A DNA stretch of 64,000 nucleotides, taken from Candidatus Altimarinota bacterium (GTDB lineage Bacteria; Patescibacteriota; Gracilibacteria; UBA1369). The translations under genes were made by a program, and so were the position numbers. The notes under the pieces were generated by a model. That model searched no databases and was not told where the DNA came from. It was given only the letters and a program-made list of their open reading frames with translations. Below are positions 19,435-27,243 of this stretch, piece after piece. Numbering within the stretch: the stretch's first letter is position 1; every line of letters begins with the position of its first letter. Where the stretch lies: contig OY782391.1 of assembly GCA_963677745.1 (NCBI GenBank), positions 1 through 64,000 of the forward strand, given 5' to 3'.

Positions 19435-20619
19435 ATGGAAAAACAAATAAAAAAACTGAAATTCTTTATTTACGTACTGGGCCTGGTACTGGTAATTCAA
19501 ATTGTTGGCAGTGCTTTGTTCTTCAGAAATTCCAACTTTCTTTATACTTCCAGCCTCAGAAACATCAATTCCCTGATTGGCGAAGTCGGACAGCTTAAGG
19601 ATGAAAACAGAATTCTGGGCCAGAAAATTGATTATCAGAAACAAATCATTTCACTTAACGACCAGGCGTTAACGGATATTTTTGAGCAGATAGACACTAA
19701 ACTTTCCAGTCAGGAAGAACTTAAAACGGGTATCGAGGATTTTAAGACAGAATTGGAAACCGAAAAGCAACAGCTGGTTGCGGAAAATCAGAAGTTAAGC
19801 AACCTTCTGGATCAGAAAAACACGGAATTGGAAAAAACAAAAAACGCTCAGGAAATCACTACTGAACAAGACGATTTAAATGATAAAATTGAAGCCATTT
19901 TGTTCCTCGGGGAAAATCAAAAACTGACCGATTCGATAATCCTGATCACCATCAATCCCGACAAATCAAAAATTTCACTGTTAAGCATTCCCCGCGATCT
20001 TTACATACACGGTCGCAAAATCAATGAATACTACGAATTCTACGGAATTGAGAAAATGGAGGAAATAGTCAAAGAGGTTACGGGAATCAAGGCCGATAAA
20101 TATGTTTTGTTCGATTTTAAGACCTTTACCGACTTTGTAGATTATCTGGGCGGCATCAATGTCCAGATCGAAAAGCAGTTGACCGACGCGAATTATCCGA
20201 CCGGCGGCTTTGGTCATAAAACAGTCACTTTTGAACCAGGAATTGAAGCCATGAATGGTGAAAGAGCACTGGAGTACGCGCGTTCCAGAAAAAGCACTTC
20301 TGATTTTGACCGCAGTCTCCGCCAACAGAAAATCATTCTCGCCATCAAAAACAAACTGGACTCGGTGGATGCCCTGGAAGACGTCAATTTCTATCTGAAC
20401 GCCTATAAACTGGTCCGCGAAAATATTGAAACCGACCTGAATGTATTTGAAGCGATCCAGACTTATCAGACCTACAAAAACACACAGATCTTTGCCGGAA
20501 ATATTCTTAGCAATGAAAATTTTCTGTACTCTTCCCGCAGTCTGACCGGCCAGTCAATCCTGTTACCCAAAGAAGGCGACTTTCTTCAGTTCCAGCAGAA
20601 AATCCTGGAAATTATCTGA
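19435..20619 (+). CDS. LCP (LytR-CpsA-Psr) family protein with N-terminal TM helix and coiled coil
   Basis: LTDSIIL, LSIPRDLY, KINEYY, VDYLGGINV, ALEYARSRK..SDFDRSLRQQKII. Confidence 0.9.
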   Translation: MEKQIKKLKFFIYVLGLVLVIQIVGSALFFRNSNFLYTSSLRNINSLIGEVGQLKDENRILGQKIDYQKQIISLNDQALTDIFEQIDTKLSSQEELKTGIEDFKTELETEKQQLVAENQKLSNLLDQKNTELEKTKNAQEITTEQDDLNDKIEAILFLGENQKLTDSIILITINPDKSKISLLSIPRDLYIHGRKINEYYEFYGIEKMEEIVKEVTGIKADKYVLFDFKTFTDFVDYLGGINVQIEKQLTDANYPTGGFGHKTVTFEPGIEAMNGERALEYARSRKSTSDFDRSLRQQKIILAIKNKLDSVDALEDVNFYLNAYKLVRENIETDLNVFEAIQTYQTYKNTQIFAGNILSNENFLYSSRSLTGQSILLPKEGDFLQFQQKILEII

Positions 20620-20620
20620 T

Positions 20621-21217
20621 CTACCACCAGACTTTCTTCAGTTTCAGTTTGTAGGCAATGATATTTGTACCCAGATGCAGCAGGGGAGTGATTATCAAAG
20701 CAATAAAAAAATATTTTGAGGCGACGGGCAAATTCAGAATCATCATGGCAATCCAGGCACCGATTATAAAATCCACCTGATCAAGAAAGAACCAGGATTT
20801 TCCGGGTGCAATCTTAAGACGCCGTTTGAAAAAGCTTTTGATCATATCTCCACAAATAGCTCCCAGACCAATCCAGGCTCCCGTAAAAGCTAGTAATACC
20901 AAAGCAGCCACTGTTGACCAGAAATCACCCGGAAACAACACTGGATCGCCGGCAGTCATTCTTGCTATTAACAGTGCCAAAGGTCCTCCCAATGCTCCTC
21001 CCAGAATGGCAGTCACAATCCCATAGAATGTTTTATGATCTCCCAGTATTCTTTCTCCAAAAATCTTTGCCTTCATGTCAACCGGGGAACGGAAACTTCT
21101 TAAAAAGCCCGTCTTTAAAAAAATGACCGGGAACATATTTGCCAAATAAGCCGGAAAAAAGATAATCAGCGTATTTAACACATCCGCCGGAAGACTAAAC
21201 AGAATTTTTTCGACCAT
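20621..21217 (-). CDS. CarS-like (CDP-archaeol synthase / DUF46) cytidylyltransferase
   Basis: PAYLANMFPV, PVD..G.RILGDHKTFYG, GDMIKSFFKRRLKIAPG..LDQVDF, TPLLHLGTN..KKVWW. Confidence 0.8.
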   Translation of the reverse strand: MVEKILFSLPADVLNTLIIFFPAYLANMFPVIFLKTGFLRSFRSPVDMKAKIFGERILGDHKTFYGIVTAILGGALGGPLALLIARMTAGDPVLFPGDFWSTVAALVLLAFTGAWIGLGAICGDMIKSFFKRRLKIAPGKSWFFLDQVDFIIGAWIAMMILNLPVASKYFFIALIITPLLHLGTNIIAYKLKLKKVWW

Positions 21218-21794
21218 AATAAATATCGGCAATTAAAAAAAGATTTTCAATAAACAGGAAAACCGACCAGAATATTAGTATCACGTCGTATAAGTTCCAG
21301 TTCCAGATCGCATAAATTATCAAAGTCAGATAGATAAAATACTTGCTTAAGGAAAAAGGGTATTTGCCGGCTTCAATGCCGAATTTTAGATATTTGCAAA
21401 AATAATTAATAAGGATATTTACCATGTACAGTGCAGACCAAATCGGCGAAACCAGATTATACAACACCAGGCCGAGCACTATCGGAATGATAAAGAAATT
21501 ATCTATCGAAACATCCAGTGCGCGTCCTCTGATACTTGCCGTATGGCTGAGGCGGGCGACGACACCGTCCAAACCGTCCAGAAAAAAGTTTAACAATAAG
21601 ATCAGAAAGGCCAATTTTGGCATAGAACCAGCCGTCAGAAAGACCGGAAGCATTAAAAACAATCTGACCAACGAGATCATGTCCGCCGAAATGTGATTTT
21701 TTATCAGCCATTTGGAAGGCCTGGCGAAAAATCCGTTTCGCCATTCCATTCCGGCAAAATAAATTCTGAGACAAAAATTTTTAACTTTCTTCAT
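21195..21794 (-). CDS. CDP-alcohol phosphatidyltransferase
   Basis: Signature DGLDGVVAR..S..GRALD..D. Confidence 0.85.
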   Translation of the reverse strand: MKKVKNFCLRIYFAGMEWRNGFFARPSKWLIKNHISADMISLVRLFLMLPVFLTAGSMPKLAFLILLLNFFLDGLDGVVARLSHTASIRGRALDVSIDNFFIIPIVLGLVLYNLVSPIWSALYMVNILINYFCKYLKFGIEAGKYPFSLSKYFIYLTLIIYAIWNWNLYDVILIFWSVFLFIENLFLIADIYYGRKNSV

Positions 21795-21873
21795 GTTTTT
21801 TCATATCTTACTAAAACAATGTATATTTGTCTTGTGTTTTTTCCAAATAATTCCTAAAATAACGCAGCAATCA

Positions 21874-21950
21874 GGCTGGGTAGCTCAGTTGGTTAGAGCG
21901 TGGGACTCATAAGCCCAAGGTCGAGAGTTCGATTCTCTCCCCAGCCACCA
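21874..21950 (+). tRNA. tRNA-Met(CAT), elongator type
   Basis: GGCTGGGTAGCTCAGTTGGTTAGAGCG..CTCATAA..GTTCGATTCTCTCCCCAGCCACCA. Confidence 0.92.
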
Positions 21951-21993
21951 AGATAATAAAAAACCCCTTCATTAATCATTGGGGTAAAATTTT

Positions 21994-22068
21994 TGGTTGC
22001 GGGGGGTGGATTCGAACCACCGACCTCCGGGTTATGAGCCCGACGAGCTGCCTCTGCTCTACCCCGCG
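21994..22068 (-). tRNA. Initiator tRNA-fMet(CAT)
   Basis: Reverse complement CGCGGGGTAGAGCAG..GTCGGGCTCATAACCCGG..GGTTCGAATCCACCCCCCGCAACCA; C1:A72 mismatch and 3 G-C pairs in the anticodon stem. Confidence 0.95.
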
Positions 22069-22083
22069 TCAACGTGTGCTAGA

Positions 22084-22494
22084 TTACTGTATGGAGGTCT
22101 TTCTGTCAAAGAAAAAAATCCACCACTTTTCCGCATTACTTAAATCAGAATAAGTGTTTTCCGACAGGTAGTCATTTTTATCTTCCTGCTCTTTGCTTAC
22201 CTGTTCGGTAGGAATGATAATGACTTCTTCGCCGGGATTGATCAGTCCCAAAGTCTGTTTGGCTATTTTTTCAACATAATTGGGGGAAGTAAAATACTCA
22301 TAATCCTCCGATTTTTTCCTGTTTTCATCCTCAATCCTTCTGTTGTCAGCCTCAAACTCATTGATTACTTTGTCAATTTGATATCCCCTGTAAACAGACA
22401 CTGTCAAAGTATTTAATAAATAAATAACCAAAATCAGCTCTACAACTATGATCAACTTTGCTATATTCGATGTCGGACTAAACTTAAAAGGCAT
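22084..22494 (-). CDS. Septum formation initiator (FtsB/DivIC-like)
   Basis: One TM helix, coiled coil, YVEKIAKQTLGLINPGEEVI; start position uncertain. Confidence 0.8.
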   Translation of the reverse strand: MPFKFSPTSNIAKLIIVVELILVIYLLNTLTVSVYRGYQIDKVINEFEADNRRIEDENRKKSEDYEYFTSPNYVEKIAKQTLGLINPGEEVIIIPTEQVSKEQEDKNDYLSENTYSDLSNAEKWWIFFFDRKTSIQ

Positions 22495-22502
22495 ATTAAA
22501 CG

Positions 22503-23882
22503 ATGTCTCAACGAAGATTAGAAACATTCAACTTATACCAGAATATTCATTTCATTGGAATTGGCGGAATAGGAATAAGTGCTCTGGCTAGATTACTGGC
22601 AAGAACCGGCCACCAAGTCAGTGGTTCAGACCAGAATCACAGCAAAAACACAGATTTATTGGTTTCCGAAGGAATATCTGTCAAAATCGGCCATCAGGCC
22701 GGATATATTCCCGATGATGCCACACTGGTCATACACACTACGGCCATCCCACCCGAAAACGAAGAATTGCGGGCTGCCCGCGACAAACAAATAAAGGTAC
22801 TTTCTTATCCACAGGCGGTGGGGTTACTGACCCAGAATTTTACAACCATCTGTGTTTGCGGAACGCACGGTAAAACCACCACCACCGCCATGCTGGGACT
22901 GGCGCTAAAAAATAACAATTTCAGCCCGACGGTGATTGTCGGCAGTATTGTTAAGGAATTCGACAACAAAAATGAACTCTTCGGGAATTCGGATTATCTG
23001 GTTCTGGAATCCTGCGAATATCAGGAAGCCTTTCTTAATTATTCCCCCAAAATAATTATTCTTAATAATATTGACCCGGAACATTTGGATTATTTTGGCA
23101 CTGCGGAGGCCTATTTTGAGGCCTTCCATAAATTCCTGAACAGATTGCCGTCCGAAGGCGTGCTGATTGCCAACGGTGATGACGTCAACGTAACTAAACT
23201 TCTCGAAAAACAAGATTACCCTTTTCAGATAATAAAATTCGGTCAGGATGACAACAATGATTTCCACCTTTCTAAAAACGCACTCGAATACGCGGGGGCA
23301 AGCCATCCTCTGAACCTTTCCATTCCCGGTAAGCATAATCAGTACAATGCGGCTGCCGCGGTCGCGGCAGCCGCCCAGCTCGGTCTCCCCGTCGAAACCG
23401 CTCTGCAATCCATTTGTGAGTTCCAGGGGGCCGGCAGACGCTTCGAAATCAAGGCCAAAGTCGGCAAAACAACCATAATTGACGACTACGGACACGCTCC
23501 GGCCGAAATTCAGGCGACCTTGCAGGCAACCCGCGACAGCTTTGGTCCACAGGCCAAAATATTGGCAGTATTCCAGCCACATCAGTATTCCCGGACTTAT
23601 CATTTTCTAAAAGAGTTTGGAGAGTCTTTTTCCAATTGTGACAAAGTCTATATCCCCAATATCTATAAAAGCCGTGATTCTGTTGAAGATATTGCCAGGG
23701 TTGGAGTGGACGACCTGGTAGATTCCATTAATTCAAACACCCCCGACCGTGCCGAAAATACCCATAATTTTTCTGAAACCCTTAATAGGATTCACGAAAA
23801 ACTATCCGAATATGACGTCGTCATTACCATCGGGGCGGGAGATATAACCAGACTATCTGACGATCTGGCCAATCTTAACTGA
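22503..23882 (+). CDS. murC: UDP-N-acetylmuramate--L-alanine ligase
   Basis: HFIGIGGIGISALA, GTHGKTTTT, GAGRRFE, DDYGHAP.EI, FQPHQYSRT, GAGDI. Confidence 0.95.
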   Translation: MSQRRLETFNLYQNIHFIGIGGIGISALARLLARTGHQVSGSDQNHSKNTDLLVSEGISVKIGHQAGYIPDDATLVIHTTAIPPENEELRAARDKQIKVLSYPQAVGLLTQNFTTICVCGTHGKTTTTAMLGLALKNNNFSPTVIVGSIVKEFDNKNELFGNSDYLVLESCEYQEAFLNYSPKIIILNNIDPEHLDYFGTAEAYFEAFHKFLNRLPSEGVLIANGDDVNVTKLLEKQDYPFQIIKFGQDDNNDFHLSKNALEYAGASHPLNLSIPGKHNQYNAAAAVAAAAQLGLPVETALQSICEFQGAGRRFEIKAKVGKTTIIDDYGHAPAEIQATLQATRDSFGPQAKILAVFQPHQYSRTYHFLKEFGESFSNCDKVYIPNIYKSRDSVEDIARVGVDDLVDSINSNTPDRAENTHNFSETLNRIHEKLSEYDVVITIGAGDITRLSDDLANLN

Positions 23883-23884
23883 TT

Positions 23885-24148
23885 CTAAATCATGGAAAAA
23901 AGATAGACCCACATCGCCTTTGCAATTTCCAGTCCGAACAGGGCAATGATTGGAGACAAATCAAACATCCCGGTCTTGGGGGTAATTGATTTTGCCAGTT
24001 TCATCACGGGGCGTGTCATACTGTCCAGTAACTCATAAACCCTGTGATCGGGCCTGACAAACCATGATAAAAGTATCTGAATAAAAATAGCCGTACTCAT
24101 CAGGTCGCAAAATATACTGCCGAAATTTAATAAAATCTCTTTTATCAT
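23885..24148 (-). CDS. YggT family membrane protein
   Basis: ILLSWF, T.PV, GMFDLSPIIA. Confidence 0.85.
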   Translation of the reverse strand: MIKEILLNFGSIFCDLMSTAIFIQILLSWFVRPDHRVYELLDSMTRPVMKLAKSITPKTGMFDLSPIIALFGLEIAKAMWVYLFSMI

Positions 24149-24199
24149 AAATCGAAAGTATTCTACCAACAGCCAGTCAGGAAATCCAATAACAAACCC

Positions 24200-26398
24200 C
24201 TATTTTCTTTTCTTTTTTAACAAGGTCCCGATCGCCGCACTGGCGCCCAATACCAGCAGCACTTCCGGTCCTGTCTTGGTGGTGTTTGTCGGGAAAGGAC
24301 CGCTATAAGCAGCGGGCTTGAGATTATCAGGGACTTCTATCGGGGAGGTGGGGCCTTCACTCAAGGCATTTTTAATTTCCAGCATAAAAGGTATTCCGCT
24401 GACAATTTCACTCTTGGCAGTGCTTTCGTTGGCTTCGTCATCAATAGCCGCTACTGCAAAGAAATATTCTTTGCCGTTTACCAGCTCCGGTATGTACCAG
24501 GTGGTACTGGCATCTTTTGTCATAGCTACTTTATCCAGATTTTTAACATCATCTCCAAAGTAAACCTTGTAACTCTTGACCATTTTATCATCGGTTGCGG
24601 CGTCCCAGACCAGAGTAACTCTCTTATCCGAACCGTAGGCAATCAAACCCGATACCTGTGAAGGTGCACCGGCAACCGGTAGTATTTGTCCATCATCGGT
24701 TGGAGGGTTCTCGGTGTCGCTTTGTGTCGTTGTTGTCGTGGTAGTGGTATCCTGGGGAGTCACGATCGTACCTCCAGCCTCATCCACAGTAATTGTTGCT
24801 TGATCCTCATATGTTTTTTCATTTTGCATTTCATCCTGCAGCAAGATATTCATCTTATAAATACCCGGGTCGGCGGGAGCCTGCAAAGTACCTATATAAA
24901 GGGTTTGATCTTCCGGACTGACGTTTAAGGCAACAATGTCAAAATTTAATATAATCGAAGCTTGGGTCAGGTTCTTTTCACTAAATACTTTCACGTTGAT
25001 GACTGATCCTGGCTTAATCCCTGTCGAAGGATCCAGTTCCACGCTTTCCAGTAGGGGAGGCGTGGTGTCAATTTCTATATCAACGGGATCGGACGTACCG
25101 ATTACTTCCAGTGTTATCTGATCGGTATTTACAACATACAAACGGTGTTTACCGTCTTCCAAAGGCTTGGTCTGATAGGAAAACTTGCCTGATGGCCCGA
25201 CCGGGACTTCTCCGATTTTTTGGTCATTGTCAAAAATCTGGATACTCGAACCTGTTTTTGCAGACCCAGAAACGGTCATTTCAGCCTGACTGTAAGTCCC
25301 GGGAGCCGGAGCTGAAATTACCGGTTTGCTGCCGGTACCTTCTGTTTTAGTGCCGGAAGCGCTTCCCACCACAATGGTAGCTTCGCCTTTTTTAAATTTA
25401 TCCGTTAAATCGTTTACCACCAGCTTGTAGGTTCCGTCCTGGGCAAAACTTAGACCCAGGTCAAAATTGTGCTGACCCAGATCGGAAGCTAAAAATTTAT
25501 AGTTGGCAGGCAAGGTTACACCAGAACTGTTGTCTCCTTCTGCCGAAAACCTTACTGTTCCGGTATAATCCTGGACTGTTAAACTATCCTGATCAATGGC
25601 TTTTACGGTAAAAGAAACATTTTCATTCTTTTTAATGGTGTCGGGCAAACCGGATATTTCGAAACCGTTTAGCGCACCAAAATCTGCCGCATAGGCTTTA
25701 TTAATGAAATCACCGCCTGCATTAGAGATATAATTTACTCCGCTTCTGAATGACAGTGAAGTTCTCTGATCAAGAACTTTTCCTTCAGCAATGTCGATTG
25801 CCATAATAGCCGAGATACCAGCTATGGAGCTTGAAACAGAAAACTTCTGTTGACCGCTGCTATCCGTTGTATCGGTTACAGACGAAATCTTATCGGTGTT
25901 TCGTGACGAAAGTAGTTTAACCGTTCTCCCCGGAATGGGATTGGTGTATTTATCAAGCAGAGTAACAGTTATGTTGGCGTTGTCGTTTTCCATACCTACC
26001 ACGGTTTTATTGACATTTATCTCGGATAAAGCGCCGTCAAGAGCGGCCGGTATAACGTTAAAACTAGTCTTTGAGGTAGTTACTCCGTTCTCTGGCGATA
26101 CTGCCTTTACAAAATACTGACCTGAAATGCGGGTATGGTAGTCATACAATTCAATTTCCGCATTACCGTCTTCATCCGTTTGGGATGAGATGGTGACATT
26201 GACCTGATCAGGCTTATTTACTATGAAATTCACCGGCGAATCGGAAGCAAAGTTCCGGACTCTGAGATAAGCGGGTTGACCAGCCACAGTGTCTGTACCA
26301 TAGACATATGCTTCACTTTGGGCCAAAACCAATGGAGATTGGCCAAACAGCATAATTGCCATTGCTATCAGACTGAGTTTAATTTTTTTAGCAAACAT
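24200..26398 (-). CDS. Secreted multi-Ig/fibronectin-III surface protein with C-terminal TKTGP-TM-basic tail
   Basis: Signal peptide; Big_1-like domain (VTLLDKYTNPIPG); Ig-like DTTPP domain; Thr-rich linker; Fn3 (VTLVWD..Y..LVNGKEYFFAVAAID); tail TTKTGPEVLLVLGASAAIGTLLKKKRK. Confidence 0.75.
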   Translation of the reverse strand: MFAKKIKLSLIAMAIMLFGQSPLVLAQSEAYVYGTDTVAGQPAYLRVRNFASDSPVNFIVNKPDQVNVTISSQTDEDGNAEIELYDYHTRISGQYFVKAVSPENGVTTSKTSFNVIPAALDGALSEINVNKTVVGMENDNANITVTLLDKYTNPIPGRTVKLLSSRNTDKISSVTDTTDSSGQQKFSVSSSIAGISAIMAIDIAEGKVLDQRTSLSFRSGVNYISNAGGDFINKAYAADFGALNGFEISGLPDTIKKNENVSFTVKAIDQDSLTVQDYTGTVRFSAEGDNSSGVTLPANYKFLASDLGQHNFDLGLSFAQDGTYKLVVNDLTDKFKKGEATIVVGSASGTKTEGTGSKPVISAPAPGTYSQAEMTVSGSAKTGSSIQIFDNDQKIGEVPVGPSGKFSYQTKPLEDGKHRLYVVNTDQITLEVIGTSDPVDIEIDTTPPLLESVELDPSTGIKPGSVINVKVFSEKNLTQASIILNFDIVALNVSPEDQTLYIGTLQAPADPGIYKMNILLQDEMQNEKTYEDQATITVDEAGGTIVTPQDTTTTTTTTQSDTENPPTDDGQILPVAGAPSQVSGLIAYGSDKRVTLVWDAATDDKMVKSYKVYFGDDVKNLDKVAMTKDASTTWYIPELVNGKEYFFAVAAIDDEANESTAKSEIVSGIPFMLEIKNALSEGPTSPIEVPDNLKPAAYSGPFPTNTTKTGPEVLLVLGASAAIGTLLKKKRK

Positions 26399-26472
26399 GT
26401 TTTGATGTTTATTTTTATATCCCAATATTATATCATACAAAAGCTTGAAACACAATTCACCAAGCCAAATTC

Positions 26473-27243
26473 ATGGACAAATCCAGACTTAAAACCCCGT
26501 TTTTGGGCGGTTTACTATTTTTAGCCTGTTTAATAGTCGGAATAAGCGGAAGTATAAGCCATTCTATTGAGTTTCTGAAAACACTGGAGGTCTCGCCCGA
26601 TATCATCTATCTTCCGCTGATTTTGCCGTTTTTAGGACTGTTTCTGGCCTTTTCCAAGATCATTATTGGTATGAACACGCCCAATTCTTATGTACCTCTG
26701 ACAGTAGTCATTACTTCATTCTTTATCGGGCCCCTGTTAAGTATCACAACACTCATTGTTTGCCTTATTGTAGGCTATTTTATGAAGTACATCATTGTTG
26801 AATTCAAACTCCATTCCAACGTAAAAACCTCACTGATTTTATCGTTGCTTTCGATCATATTTATCCTGCTTTTGCCCTTTTATCCTTCATCTCTGGTTTT
26901 TCAGGGAATAAATTATTCTTTACTGATCTGTTACGGGATATTTTTAATTTCCCTGATAAACGAAAAATATCTTAGTTTCAAAATAACCAAATCCAATCTG
27001 ATATCCGATTTGAAGATAATTTTCAGCACAATTCTCTTTTCCTTCATTACCTACCTCATCCTGGGCGGAAAAATAGTAACGGGCAGCCAATACTTTGATT
27101 TCCCATATCTTAAAGACCTGGTGATGGGACTGCCGGAAATCGTACTGGTGGCTATATTATTGACCGCCTTGATTGGTCGATATACAGGCCTCAGACTGAC
27201 AGAACTTTGGCGCTTCAGAAAATTAATATTTAAAAACAACTGA
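26473..27243 (+). CDS. 7TM membrane protein (7TM_transglut-like)
   Basis: About 7 hydrophobic segments; C-terminal PE...IGRYTGLRLTELWRF signature; stop overlaps the next ATG (TGATG). Confidence 0.75.
   Translation: MDKSRLKTPFLGGLLFLACLIVGISGSISHSIEFLKTLEVSPDIIYLPLILPFLGLFLAFSKIIIGMNTPNSYVPLTVVITSFFIGPLLSITTLIVCLIVGYFMKYIIVEFKLHSNVKTSLILSLLSIIFILLLPFYPSSLVFQGINYSLLICYGIFLISLINEKYLSFKITKSNLISDLKIIFSTILFSFITYLILGGKIVTGSQYFDFPYLKDLVMGLPEIVLVAILLTALIGRYTGLRLTELWRFRKLIFKNN

Noticed and set aside
24715-24750. Low-complexity GTT/GTC/GTG repeat
   Set aside because: It simply encodes a poly-Thr linker in the surface protein.
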